64,000 nt of DNA from an uncultured Eubacteriales bacterium. GTDB taxonomy: Bacteria; Bacillota; Clostridia; Christensenellales; UBA1242. Under the pieces are notes generated by a model that was not told the origin of the DNA, searched no databases, and saw nothing but the letters and a program-made list of their open reading frames with translations. The position numbers were made by a program, and so were the translations under genes. Location: positions 9,115 through 73,114 of the forward strand of contig CAQIDI010000001.1 of the NCBI GenBank assembly GCA_948806215.1. The letters run 5' to 3'. Position 1 is the first letter of the stretch. Every line of letters begins with the position of its first letter. This document shows, in pieces, positions 1-10,067 of the stretch.

Positions 1-1500
1 AAATTCACACTTTCTTGCTTAGCAGGAGTGCTAGGCTTAACAACAGTTATTTGTGCTGGTTGTGGATGCGCAAATGGTAATGGCGGTGGTAGTGGTGGCG
101 AAGTAACACCTCCGGGTCCTACTAATCCAGGTGGTAATGGTGGCGGTACAACCGAAAATCCTAATCCAGAGCAACCAACCAATCCAGTGCTTCAAAGCAT
201 CAATAACAGCTTTACAAAAGCAAGAGCAAATTATAGCACCAACGAAATTTTAAACGAAAATGGCACTAAAAAAACTTTTAGTGAACTATTAGATAGGCAG
301 TTTGATATTTTAGCCGAAGATATTTTATATCGCTTATATGTTACTTATGGAGAAGATACTTATGGATCAAATGGCGGTTTTGGCGATTTATTATTAAATG
401 ATGGAAACTATTCTTTAAATAGTAATAGTGCAAAAGTTATAAAAGATAAAATTTTAACAAATAATGAAGAACATAATTTAAATCATATATCAAGTAGTAA
501 CATTATTTTGCCAAATATTGATTGTATATATTGCTATCAAAATAATATAAATGGTAATCAAACAAGATTAACTAATGATAGTTACTTAATGATAAAAGAA
601 GCTATTTTAGGAAATTATCATAATTGGGATAATGTTATTGAATTAATAGATAATAAAAACGCCGATCAATATAAATGGCAATTTAACGATTATTCAAAAT
701 GGAACACAGATTATCGTGAAGAATTTAAGTTGGCGTTAGCTAAAATTGTTTATGGTAACGAACAAACAAATCTAAGTTATAGTGAACTATTAAACAAAAT
801 TAACCACCTTGGCTTTACAGCTAACGATGGCGAAAAAATTGTTAACTACATTAATAATTCTGTAATCGGAACAAACTTAATCGAAGAAAATTTGCGCATC
901 TACAATAAATTTACTGAAGACGATAAAATAAATATCAAAATGTGGACCGCAGAAGACGAGATTGATAAGCATTATTATAAGGGTTATAACATTGTTGTTC
1001 CAGCTATTGTTAATCAAGCTTTAAATAATACATTCGATGGAACAGTTGGTTTATATCCAACAGTTGATAAAAATGTTTCTTCTGTTTTAGAATTAGATAA
1101 TTTAAAAACCGAAAAAGATTATAAACAAATTGTTTTAATGCCTAAACATTCTAATGTTTTAGTTACAAAAATTAATGCTAAATTTTATTCAAATAATTCT
1201 GAAAATAAAAATGTAAAAGTTTATGCAACTGTTAAAAATGTTGCTGGTGCATTAGTAACTAAAAAAGAAGTTGGTAATGTTAACTTATCAAGTGTTGGAA
1301 CTCAAGTTGAATTAAATATTGGTTGCCAAAACACAATAGGTTTGTTTACCGGTGATTTAACAAATAACGATACAGTTTCGTTGTTTGGAGATAACAATAA
1401 ATTAATTAGCCTAGGCGATAACTATGTTGAACTTTCGTTTGAATACGAAGATGGCGTAACCTTTGGTGTTGAATTTGTTGGTATGTACGATAAAAATTAA
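1..1500 (+). CDS. Putative secreted lipoprotein of unknown function (true start probably just left of the window)
   Basis: Frame is open from base 1 (KFTLSCLAGVLGLTTVICAGCGC = hydrophobic signal peptide ending in a Cys lipobox-like motif). A Gly/Asn/Pro-rich linker and a ~430-aa domain with no motif I recognise follow. Hairpin plus T-run sits right after the stop. Confidence 0.5.
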   Translation, partial: KFTLSCLAGVLGLTTVICAGCGCANGNGGGSGGEVTPPGPTNPGGNGGGTTENPNPEQPTNPVLQSINNSFTKARANYSTNEILNENGTKKTFSELLDRQFDILAEDILYRLYVTYGEDTYGSNGGFGDLLLNDGNYSLNSNSAKVIKDKILTNNEEHNLNHISSSNIILPNIDCIYCYQNNINGNQTRLTNDSYLMIKEAILGNYHNWDNVIELIDNKNADQYKWQFNDYSKWNTDYREEFKLALAKIVYGNEQTNLSYSELLNKINHLGFTANDGEKIVNYINNSVIGTNLIEENLRIYNKFTEDDKINIKMWTAEDEIDKHYYKGYNIVVPAIVNQALNNTFDGTVGLYPTVDKNVSSVLELDNLKTEKDYKQIVLMPKHSNVLVTKINAKFYSNNSENKNVKVYATVKNVAGALVTKKEVGNVNLSSVGTQVELNIGCQNTIGLFTGDLTNNDTVSLFGDNNKLISLGDNYVELSFEYEDGVTFGVEFVGMYDKN

Positions 1501-1512
1501 ATAAAATATTAA

Positions 1513-1541
1513 AAGAACTCTTAAATTTGAGTTCTTTTTTT
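1513..1541 (+). terminator. Rho-independent terminator
   Basis: aagaactc / gagttctt stem followed by a T-run. Confidence 0.7.
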
Positions 1542-1626
1542 ATTGTTTAAAAACTAAATTAAATTTTACATAATTTGTAAAAACTTACAAAAACTAAACT
1601 AAAGTTAAAAATATAAAAGGTGAGTT

Positions 1627-2802
1627 ATGAAAAAAATTATTTTTAGTTTAATTTGTTTAACATTATTAATTTGTTTAAGCATAACTAATGTTTTATCAGC
1701 AAGTGTTAGTGCATATTACGATGACACATTATTCAACAATTTTACAAGTTCAAGTTATATATTGCTAGATGCCGATAGTGGAACAATAATAGTTAATAAA
1801 AATGCTAACGAAAAATTGCAAGTGGCAAGTATTTGTAAACTTATGACATCACTTATAACAATGGAAAAAATTGAAGCTGGAGATCTTAGTTTAGATTCGG
1901 AAATTTTAGCAAGCGAGCACGCTGCTAGTATGGAAGGTAGCCAAGCGTTTTTAGATGCTGGCAGTAAATATAAAGTTTCAGAGTTACTAAAAAGTGTTAT
2001 AGTTGCATCTGCTAACGATAGTGCTGTGGCTTTAGCCGAAGCCATTGCTGGAAGCGAGCAAGCGTTTGTTAATTTAATGAATGAAAAAGCAAAAGAATTA
2101 GGTATGAACAACACTGTTTATGCTAATGCAACAGGTTTGCCTGCAGCTAATCAGTATTCAACAGCTTTCGATACAACTATAGTTTTAAAAAATGCTACTA
2201 GTCACGATATTTATAAACAATATTCTAACATTTGGATGGATAGTTTTGTTCATCCAAGCGGAAGAGTTACTGAACTTGTTAACACAAATCGTTTAATTAA
2301 ATATTATGATTATTGCAAATCTGGAAAAACTGGTTTTACCGATGAAGCAGGTTATTGTTTATCTAGCACTGCAAGCAATGGTAACTTAAACTTAATTGCA
2401 GTAACATTAAAATGTGCAAATCCACAAGATAGATTTAAAGAAAGTATGGAATTATATAACTATGGTTTTGCAAATTTTGAAAACAAAAAAATTATAGATT
2501 CTTCCATACCATTTGATAAAACAATTAAAGTAACTGGGGCAAAAAATAACCAAGCGCCATTAAGTTTAAAAAATAACTTTAGTGCATTAGTTAAAAAAGG
2601 CGATAAGTCGGAAATAAGCATTAATTACGAAATTAAAAATGTAATTAAAGCCCCACTTAAAGCTGGCGAAAAAGTTGGCTGTGCAACCATTGTTAAAGAA
2701 GGTAAAATTATTGGTGAAGTAGATATTGTTTTAGCCGAAGATGTTTTAAAGGCTTCTTATGGCGATACAATTTCTAAAATAGTTAACTTATGGGGTATTT
2801 AA
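1627..2802 (+). CDS. Serine-type D-Ala-D-Ala carboxypeptidase (low-MW PBP, S11 family)
   Basis: Signal peptide; SxxK (ASICK), SxN (SANDSA) and KTG (KTGFT) motifs in canonical order and spacing; RBS aaaaggtgag. Confidence 0.85.
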   Translation: MKKIIFSLICLTLLICLSITNVLSASVSAYYDDTLFNNFTSSSYILLDADSGTIIVNKNANEKLQVASICKLMTSLITMEKIEAGDLSLDSEILASEHAASMEGSQAFLDAGSKYKVSELLKSVIVASANDSAVALAEAIAGSEQAFVNLMNEKAKELGMNNTVYANATGLPAANQYSTAFDTTIVLKNATSHDIYKQYSNIWMDSFVHPSGRVTELVNTNRLIKYYDYCKSGKTGFTDEAGYCLSSTASNGNLNLIAVTLKCANPQDRFKESMELYNYGFANFENKKIIDSSIPFDKTIKVTGAKNNQAPLSLKNNFSALVKKGDKSEISINYEIKNVIKAPLKAGEKVGCATIVKEGKIIGEVDIVLAEDVLKASYGDTISKIVNLWGI

Positions 2803-2831
2803 AAAGTGAGCAAATTTTGCTCACTTTTTTT
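2803..2831 (+). terminator. Rho-independent terminator
   Basis: gtgagcaaa / tttgctcac stem followed by T7. Confidence 0.7.
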
Positions 2832-3001
2832 AATTTAATTTTTTTAATGGTTTATTTATTATAAAAAATTTTTTACAAAAATATAATTTTTCTGCTATTA
2901 TTTGGAAACAATTAAAAGTTTTATTTTAAGCTATTTAATTGCAAAAAAAAGGCATATATTATATACTTATCTATGTAATAATTAAACCCATAAAGGAAAG
3001 T

Positions 3002-3670
3002 ATGCTAAATTTTATTGATGAACTAACTGGCATCGAATTTATTTGTGCTGGATTAGCTTTAATATTAGTTTTAATAATATCGCTACCTTTGCACGAATTT
3101 GGTCACGCATTTGTGGCATATAAGCAAGGCGACCAAACTCCAAAGGCTATGGGAAGGGTTACATTAAACCCTTTTGCACATATTGACCCTATTGGTCTTA
3201 TTTGTTGTGTGCTTTTTGGTTTTGGTTGGGCAAAGCCAGTAGAGGTTAATCCACTAAAATTCCGTAGTTACAAAAAGGGAATGTTTTTAACTTCGATTGC
3301 CGGTGTTTGTATTAACTTAATTTTAGCATTTGTTGGTTGCGGATTAATGCATTTAACTGTGTTTTTGTTAAATCTAAATTCATTACCACTCGATTTTAAT
3401 TGGCTAACATTGTTTATATACTTTTTCACAAGTTTTATGTTTCAAATAAATGTTTGTTTATTTGTGTTTAATTTGTTGCCAATTTATCCTTTAGATGGTT
3501 TTAACGCAATAGCAGCCTATACCAAGTACGAAAATAAATTTGTTAATTTTATGCGTAGATATGGCAATTTAATTTTAATTGCGGTTTTAATTTTTGGCGA
3601 TTTATTATTATTTTGGCTTTGCAAATATATCGGAATGCCAATAGATTTATTTTGGGGATTAATTTTTTAG
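3002..3670 (+). CDS. Site-2 protease (M50) family membrane zinc metalloprotease
   Basis: HEFGH (HExxH) in the first TM segment; NLLPIYPLDG motif; multiple TM helices. I chose the ATG at 3002 (RBS aaggaaagt) over the upstream start of the tracked ORF. Confidence 0.75.
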   Translation: MLNFIDELTGIEFICAGLALILVLIISLPLHEFGHAFVAYKQGDQTPKAMGRVTLNPFAHIDPIGLICCVLFGFGWAKPVEVNPLKFRSYKKGMFLTSIAGVCINLILAFVGCGLMHLTVFLLNLNSLPLDFNWLTLFIYFFTSFMFQINVCLFVFNLLPIYPLDGFNAIAAYTKYENKFVNFMRRYGNLILIAVLIFGDLLLFWLCKYIGMPIDLFWGLIF

Positions 3671-4464
3671 TGGAAGAAAAAATTGAAAATATAGAAACTA
3701 TAGAAAATGTTTCTGAACTTAATACAGAAGACGATGGTGCTCTTAAATTCAAATTGGATAACTTTGAAGGTCCATTAGATTTATTATTACATTTAATTAA
3801 ACAAAGCAAAATGGAAATAGAAACTGTTGAACTTTCTAAAATTACCGAACAGTATTTGGAAATAATGGCAGGGTTACCAGAATTAGATATGGAAAAAGCG
3901 AGCGAGTTTATTTCGGTTGCTGCAACCTTAATTGAAATTAAAAGTAAGGCGTTGCTTCCAAAACTAATAGAAGATGAAGAAACTCCAGAAGAAGACCCAG
4001 AAGCATTATTATTACAACGTTTGCAAGAGTATAAATTATTTAAAGAAACTAGCGAGAAATTAAAAGCTTGCGAAAATGTTTCTAGGTTCTATAAAGAGCC
4101 AGAAGAAGAAGCAAGTAAGTTTAGAATAGTTATTAAGGATATGAGCCTTGATTTGTTACTTAATGCATTTGCTAATGTTTTAACAAGAAGTGCAACAGAA
4201 CAAAAAAATAACGAGCCAAAACAAATCGAAAAAGAAAAGTTTACGGTTTCTGGCAAAATTGCTTCAATTAAGGATGCCTTAATAATTAGAAAGCAATTAA
4301 GATTTAGCGAATTATTCCGCGAAAGTATTTCGCGAGATGAAATAATAACAACTTTTTTAGCTTTATTAGAATTGTTAAAGCTGCAAGAAATTCGTTGTGT
4401 TCAAAGCGGAGCATTTCAAGATATTGATATTTTAAAAGTAGATAACGAGGAAAATAATGGATAA
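3670..4464 (+). CDS. scpA: Segregation and condensation protein A
   Basis: FEGPLDLLLHLI kleisin N-terminal signature; sits directly upstream of scpB. GTG at 3670 overlaps the preceding stop by 1 nt. The tracked ORF start at 3613 lies inside the M50 gene. Confidence 0.8.
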   Translation: MEEKIENIETIENVSELNTEDDGALKFKLDNFEGPLDLLLHLIKQSKMEIETVELSKITEQYLEIMAGLPELDMEKASEFISVAATLIEIKSKALLPKLIEDEETPEEDPEALLLQRLQEYKLFKETSEKLKACENVSRFYKEPEEEASKFRIVIKDMSLDLLLNAFANVLTRSATEQKNNEPKQIEKEKFTVSGKIASIKDALIIRKQLRFSELFRESISRDEIITTFLALLELLKLQEIRCVQSGAFQDIDILKVDNEENNG

Positions 4465-5152
4465 TTTAGATAAAATAATTCAAAGCATTTTATTTGTTGC
4501 AGGCGATGGAGTGGAATATTTCGACATAGCCGATAAACTTGGCGTAACTGTTGAAGAAGTTGAAAGTGCAATCGAAAAACTAAAAATCGAACTAGAAGAT
4601 AGTAAAAGCGGTATTCAAATAATAACATTCAACAAAAAAGCGCAACTTTGTTCAAATCCCGATTATGCCGATCAAGTTGCCGAAGTTTTAAATCCTATTA
4701 AAGAAAAAGCATTAACCAAAGCTGTTATGGAAACAGCAGCAATAATTGCCTATAAGCAACCTATAACAAGGTTAGAAATAGAGCAAGTAAGAGGAGTTAA
4801 CTCCGACTATGCTATTAACAACTTGCTTGAAAATAAGCTAATCGAAGTAGTAGGTAGAAAAGATGCGATTGGCAAACCTTTAGTTTTTGGAACTACCGAT
4901 GAATTTTTAAAAAGATTTAGTTTAAATGCTTTAGCTGATTTACCAGATTATGACGAATTGCTAGATAGAATTAAGGTTATAAAAGGTCCTCAAAACAGTG
5001 CGTTATTCGATTATTCTAACATTAACGAGGATGAAGAAACCAATAAAGAAGAAATGGTTGAAGAACAAAATGTAGAAGCTGATAAAAACGATGTTGTAAA
5101 CGAATTACTAAGTGCGTTATCAGAAGACGATGAAACACAAAATCAAGCTTAA
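4457..5152 (+). CDS. scpB: Segregation and condensation protein B
   Basis: ILFVAGDGV ... RLEIEQVRGVNSDYAINNLLENKLIEVVGRKDAIGKPLVFGTTDEFLKRF winged-helix signature; 8-nt overlap with scpA. Confidence 0.85.
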   Translation: MDNLDKIIQSILFVAGDGVEYFDIADKLGVTVEEVESAIEKLKIELEDSKSGIQIITFNKKAQLCSNPDYADQVAEVLNPIKEKALTKAVMETAAIIAYKQPITRLEIEQVRGVNSDYAINNLLENKLIEVVGRKDAIGKPLVFGTTDEFLKRFSLNALADLPDYDELLDRIKVIKGPQNSALFDYSNINEDEETNKEEMVEEQNVEADKNDVVNELLSALSEDDETQNQA

Positions 5153-5214
5153 TAAATTATAAAAATGTGCAATTATTTGTGCATTTTTTTATATTTTTTT
5201 CAAATACTAAAAAT

Positions 5215-5799
5215 ATGACAGTGGTTTTAATTATCATTGCTGTTTTAATATTTTTAATAACTGCAACTTTATTTATTAATATTAGGTTTGAATATGATGT
5301 TTTAAATAATGTAGGAAAAATAAAAGTAATGTTATATAAAACTTTAATTTTGTTTTCGAGTGGCATTACAATTTCCGATAGTTATTTGAACTTAAATAAA
5401 AAAGGAAATAAAGTAATAAAAATTAAAATTGATTTTAACGATGAAAATTTCCAATTTGTTCAAGACTTACAAACATATTTGTTTCATAAGTTATATCCAA
5501 CCGAAATAAATTTTGGAGCAGTTGTTGCCAGTGAAAATCCGTTTATAGCTAGTATGATGGGCTCAACACTAGGCATTATAATTAATTTATTGCTAGCTAG
5601 AGCAAAAAACAGTGTTAGAGATGTTAAAGTTACAAACAATGTTCAAACGGGTTTTAGGCAAAATATGTTTAAGGTTGATATAAAACTATCGGTTGTACTA
5701 AGTATCTACGATTTTTTGTGGGCATTTTTAAAAGCATATAAGGCAAAGGTAAGAAGACGTGAAAAGAAACGAAGAAATAAACAAATCGCAAAATATTAG
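5215..5799 (+). CDS. DUF2953/YtfI-like membrane protein (partner of ytfJ)
   Basis: N-terminal TM helix and basic C-terminus, immediately upstream of and overlapping a ytfJ homologue as in other spore formers. Start is uncertain (5167 GTG or 5215 ATG). Confidence 0.45.
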   Translation: MTVVLIIIAVLIFLITATLFINIRFEYDVLNNVGKIKVMLYKTLILFSSGITISDSYLNLNKKGNKVIKIKIDFNDENFQFVQDLQTYLFHKLYPTEINFGAVVASENPFIASMMGSTLGIIINLLLARAKNSVRDVKVTNNVQTGFRQNMFKVDIKLSVVLSIYDFLWAFLKAYKAKVRRREKKRRNKQIAKY

Positions 5800-6160
5800 T
5801 GAAATTTTAAATGATGCTATGATAAATCTAAAAAAAGCTATAGATATTCACACCATTGTGGGAGATCCTTATGTGTGTGAAGATGGAACAACAATGGTTC
5901 CTGTTAGCAAGGTTTATGTTGGCATTGTTAGTGGTGGTGGCGAAGTTAATAGTAGTAAAAAAACTTCTAACTCACTTAGCTATCCATTTGCCGGAGCATC
6001 GGGTTCTGGCTTTACAGTTGTTCCTATGGGATTTTTAGTTTCTAGTAAAGGTAACACAACTTTTATTTCAACCGAAACCGATAAATCATCCGAAAAACTT
6101 ATTGAGTTAACAAATCGAACATTAAAAATTTTATTATCAAATTTAAAAAAGGACAAATGA
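5759..6160 (+). CDS. ytfJ: Sporulation protein YtfJ/GerW family
   Basis: IDIHTIVGDPYVCEDGTTMVPVSKVYVGIVSGGGE resembles the YtfJ N-terminal core as I remember it from B. subtilis; size about 130 aa. Confidence 0.7.
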   Translation: MKRNEEINKSQNISEILNDAMINLKKAIDIHTIVGDPYVCEDGTTMVPVSKVYVGIVSGGGEVNSSKKTSNSLSYPFAGASGSGFTVVPMGFLVSSKGNTTFISTETDKSSEKLIELTNRTLKILLSNLKKDK

Positions 6161-7284
6161 TGAGAAATTTTAAAAAAGTTTTAATTTTAATAGTTATGCT
6201 TATGCTATGCATTACACCAACAAAATTAAATGTGGTTAATGCTGGAGCAACATATAGGGCAATGTGTGTTTTAGAAGGCAACACTTTGCAAGTTTTAAAC
6301 GAATATAATTCCACTGCAAAACTAGCAATGGCAAGCACAACCAAAATTATTACCGCTATTGTCGCAATCGAAAATTGTGAAGATTTTAATAAAACGGTAA
6401 CAGTTGCCGACGAATCGGTTGGAATAGAAGGCACAAGTATTTATTTAAGAAAAAATGAACAAATAACAATGGATAACCTATTATATGGTTTAATTCTAGC
6501 TTCTGGAAACGATGCTGCAATGGCATTGGCTTATGAAATAGGTGGAAGCGAAGAAAACTTTGTTAATATGATGAACGAGTTTGTTAAACGCGTTGGAGCA
6601 AACAATACTCATTTAGCAAATCCACACGGATTAGATGCAAAAGATCATTACACCACAGCATACGATTTAGCGTTAATTACTGCTTATGCATTAAATAACG
6701 ATAAGTTTAAAGAAGTGGTTTCAACAAAAACAAAAGTTTTTGGTGGCGGCGAATATCAAACTAGATATTTAAGAAATAAAGATAAACTATTATTTAGTCA
6801 AGAAGGTTGCATTGGTGTTAAAACAGGTTTTACCGATAATGCTGGTCGTTGCTTAGTAAATGCTTGTGACAGAGATGGTATGCGAGTAATATCGGTTGTT
6901 CTAAATTGTGGGCCAATGTTTGAAGAATGCGATAGGCTAACCGAACAAGCTCTAAAACATTACACAACAAAACAATTTGTTGTTCCTTATAATTTTGTTG
7001 GTGTTGTTCCAGTTACAGACGGGGATAAAACAGAAGTTTCTGTAGCAACTTTAAATGGTTTTACTAAAACTATATTAAAAAGCGAAGAAGATAATTATAA
7101 AGTAGAATATAACTTAAGTTCTGGGTTAGTAGCCCCAGTTACAACAGAAACAGTTGTTGGAGATGTTAAAGTTTATTATAACGATAAAATAATTTATGCT
7201 GCAGACCTTTATTCTATTGATGAATGCAAAAATATTGATATAAAACATAAAATCGATAATATAATAGAAAATTGGTTTAACTAA
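6157..7284 (+). CDS. Serine-type D-Ala-D-Ala carboxypeptidase (second paralogue, DacB-like context)
   Basis: Signal peptide; ASTTK (SxxK), SGNDAA (SxN), KTGFT (KTG). Confidence 0.85.
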   Translation: MMRNFKKVLILIVMLMLCITPTKLNVVNAGATYRAMCVLEGNTLQVLNEYNSTAKLAMASTTKIITAIVAIENCEDFNKTVTVADESVGIEGTSIYLRKNEQITMDNLLYGLILASGNDAAMALAYEIGGSEENFVNMMNEFVKRVGANNTHLANPHGLDAKDHYTTAYDLALITAYALNNDKFKEVVSTKTKVFGGGEYQTRYLRNKDKLLFSQEGCIGVKTGFTDNAGRCLVNACDRDGMRVISVVLNCGPMFEECDRLTEQALKHYTTKQFVVPYNFVGVVPVTDGDKTEVSVATLNGFTKTILKSEEDNYKVEYNLSSGLVAPVTTETVVGDVKVYYNDKIIYAADLYSIDECKNIDIKHKIDNIIENWFN

Positions 7285-7291
7285 AAAAATT

Positions 7292-7328
7292 GCAAACATA
7301 GTGTAATGCTTTGTTTGCTTTTTTTTAT
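7292..7328 (+). terminator. Rho-independent terminator
   Basis: gcaaaca ... tgtttgc stem followed by T10. Confidence 0.7.
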
Positions 7329-7352
7329 AGATTATAATAAACTAGATTTAGT

Positions 7353-8063
7353 ATGAGAATAAACAAATATTTAGCAGAATGTAATATTTCAAGCCGACGC
7401 AAAGTTGAAGAATTTATTAAAAACGGCAAAATAATGGTTAACGGAAATGTTGTAACCGATTTAAGCACTCAAATTAATGAGAGTGATGTTGTTAAATTTA
7501 ATGGTGTTGTTGTAAAACCAACACTTAATAAAATATATTTATTGTTAAATAAGCCTATCGGATACATAACAACAGTTAAAGATGAACAAGGCAGACATAC
7601 TGTGCTTGATTTAATTGGTAAAATGCCAGATAGAATATATCCTGTGGGAAGGCTTGATTGCAACACCGAAGGAATGCTAATTTTAACTAACGATGGTGAT
7701 TTTGCTAATTTATTAATACATCCCCGTAACGAAATAAACAAAGTTTATAGAGTTCAATTAAACCGAGTTCCTTCTATTGAAGAATTAAATAAAATAAAAA
7801 GTGGTGTTAAGTTAGAAGATTATGTAACAAAGCCAGCTCAAATTTCCAATCAGAAAAAATTGGAAGGTGGTAGATATCAGTTAGATATAACTATTCACGA
7901 AGGTAAAAATAGAGAAGTTAGAAAAATGTTTGAAGCAGTTGGCTTAAAAGTAAAGTATCTAGCTAGGATTAAAATTGGAAGCTTGCCTATTGGAAACTTG
8001 CCGTTAGGAAAATATAAAACATTATCAAAAACCGAACTTGACTTACTATTAAAAAACAAATAG
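7353..8063 (+). CDS. rluB: 23S rRNA pseudouridine synthase, RsuA/RluB family
   Basis: N-terminal S4 domain (RINKYLAECNISSRRKVEEFIKNGKIMVNG) and catalytic GRLDCNTEGMLILTNDG motif. Confidence 0.85.
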   Translation: MRINKYLAECNISSRRKVEEFIKNGKIMVNGNVVTDLSTQINESDVVKFNGVVVKPTLNKIYLLLNKPIGYITTVKDEQGRHTVLDLIGKMPDRIYPVGRLDCNTEGMLILTNDGDFANLLIHPRNEINKVYRVQLNRVPSIEELNKIKSGVKLEDYVTKPAQISNQKKLEGGRYQLDITIHEGKNREVRKMFEAVGLKVKYLARIKIGSLPIGNLPLGKYKTLSKTELDLLLKNK

Positions 8064-8073
8064 GAGAAAAAGT

Positions 8074-8733
8074 ATGATTACTATTGCTATAGATGGTCCA
8101 AGTGGATCTGGCAAAAGCACTATTGCACAAATTTTGGCTGATAAATTAGATTTATGCCACGTTAATGCTGGAGAATTATATAGAACCATTGGTGTTTATC
8201 TGTATGAAAACAATATTGATGCTAGAAACGAAGAAGAAGTTAAAAAAGTTTTAGATAACATTAATATTAAAGTAGAATTTGTTAATCACGAACAAAATAA
8301 TTACTTAAATGGAGTGTTAGTTAATGATAAATTGCACACTCCAATTGCAAGCGATTTTTCTTCAAGATGTGCACCTTTTAAAAGCGTTAGAGAAAAGGTT
8401 AAGGCAATTCAAAGAGAAATTGCTAATAACTATGGCGTTGTAATGGAAGGTAGAGATATTACAACAGAAATTTTACCTAATGCTAAATATAAATATTATA
8501 TAACAGCTTCTGCAGAAGTTAGAGCAAAGCGTAGATTTGATCAACTAAAATTAAAAGATGAAAGTTTAACATTCAACCAAGTTTTAAGCGATATTAACGA
8601 GCGTGATTATAGAGATACTCACAGAAAATTGGGCTTGCTTACAATAGCAAGTGATGCAGAAGTTATTAACACCGATAATTACACAGCTGAACAGGTGGCG
8701 GCAATAATTTGTGAAAAAATAAAGGAGAATTAA
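8074..8733 (+). CDS. cmk: Cytidylate kinase
   Basis: IAIDGPSGSGKST P-loop; length and context (rluB-cmk-plsC). Confidence 0.9.
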   Translation: MITIAIDGPSGSGKSTIAQILADKLDLCHVNAGELYRTIGVYLYENNIDARNEEEVKKVLDNINIKVEFVNHEQNNYLNGVLVNDKLHTPIASDFSSRCAPFKSVREKVKAIQREIANNYGVVMEGRDITTEILPNAKYKYYITASAEVRAKRRFDQLKLKDESLTFNQVLSDINERDYRDTHRKLGLLTIASDAEVINTDNYTAEQVAAIICEKIKEN

Positions 8734-9366
8734 ATGTTTTTTTATTTTTGCTTAATTATATTATACATTCCATTATTAATTGTTTTACCAACAAGGGTTA
8801 CAGGAAAAAAGAATTTGCCTAAAAAGGGAAGGGTTATATTTTGCACTAACCACCAAACTTTATGTGACCCAGTTATTATTGCATACAAATTAACTGGGCG
8901 TCGCTTTAGATTTATGGCAAAAAAACCATTGTTTAAGCACAAAATTAGCGGAGCGTTTTTAAAAGGCATTGGAGCTTATCCGGTTGATTATAAAGCTGCA
9001 ACCGATATTAAAGCAGTTAAACAAACCATAAAATATTTAAAAGAAGAAAAAGCAGTTTGCATTTTTCCAGAAGGTGGAAGAAGAGATTCTGATATTAATA
9101 ACGAATTAAAAAATGGTGTGGCTATGTTTGCTTTGCGAACAAACACTCCGGTTGTTCCAGCTTGCTTTGTTAAAAAACCCGGCTTTTTTAAATTGAATCG
9201 TTTAATTGTTGGAAAACCAATTTACTTGCACGAAATGGAACAATTTAAAGATAAAAAAGCAGATAAAGAATTGTTAGACCAAGCTAGTGATATAATAAAT
9301 CACGGCATATTTGATTTAAAAACTGAATATGAAAATAAAAAGAAATCAAAAAAGAATAGAAAGTAA
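8734..9366 (+). CDS. plsC: 1-acyl-sn-glycerol-3-phosphate acyltransferase
   Basis: NHQTLCDP (HX4D) and FPEGGR acyltransferase motifs; N-terminal TM helix. Confidence 0.8.
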   Translation: MFFYFCLIILYIPLLIVLPTRVTGKKNLPKKGRVIFCTNHQTLCDPVIIAYKLTGRRFRFMAKKPLFKHKISGAFLKGIGAYPVDYKAATDIKAVKQTIKYLKEEKAVCIFPEGGRRDSDINNELKNGVAMFALRTNTPVVPACFVKKPGFFKLNRLIVGKPIYLHEMEQFKDKKADKELLDQASDIINHGIFDLKTEYENKKKSKKNRK

Positions 9367-9383
9367 ACTCTATTCTTTTTTTT
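9352..9383 (+). terminator. Rho-independent terminator
   Basis: aagaataga / tctattctt stem spanning the plsC stop, followed by T8. Confidence 0.75.
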
Positions 9384-9581
9384 GCAAAACTTACCAATTT
9401 AATAACACTTTTTATTGTGCAATTTTGCATAAAATATATTATGCTCTAAATAAAAAAATAACATAACAAGGCTTTCTATGTTTGATAAATAATTTTTATA
9501 ATGCTATACTTTTATTGTTATTAAAAAGTTATAAACATTGTTTATTTATAACATAAATACAATTATAGGAGAAAAAAAGTA

Positions 9582-10061
9582 ATGGCTAAAAGGGAACAAT
9601 ATTTATCTTGGGACGATTATTTTATGGGTTTAGCTTTGCTTTCTGGAAAGCGTAGTAAAGATCCAAACACTCAAGTTGGTGCTTGTATTGTTACACCACA
9701 AAATAGAATTGCTTCGGTTGGATATAATGGTTTTCCTATGGGATGCAGCGATGATGAATTTCCGTGGGAAAGAGAAGGGGAAGAAATAAAAACAAAATAT
9801 CCTTATGTGGTTCACGCAGAGCTTAATGCAATTTTAAATTCGAAAGCGGATTTAAACGGCTGCAGCATTTATGTATCGTTATTTCCTTGTAATGAATGTG
9901 CTAAAGCAATTATTCAATCGGGTATTAAAAAAGTTGTTTATTTAAGCAACAAATATGCCGATACTATGGCATCAATAACCAGCACAAAAATGTTAAAAGC
10001 AGCAGGTGTTGAACTAGTTCAATTAAAACCAAACAAAAGCCAAATTATTTTAGAATTTTAA
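9582..10061 (+). CDS. dCMP deaminase (ComEB-type zinc deaminase)
   Basis: HAELNA and PCNECAK zinc-binding motifs; about 160 aa. Confidence 0.9.
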   Translation: MAKREQYLSWDDYFMGLALLSGKRSKDPNTQVGACIVTPQNRIASVGYNGFPMGCSDDEFPWEREGEEIKTKYPYVVHAELNAILNSKADLNGCSIYVSLFPCNECAKAIIQSGIKKVVYLSNKYADTMASITSTKMLKAAGVELVQLKPNKSQIILEF

Positions 10062-10067
10062 TTAATA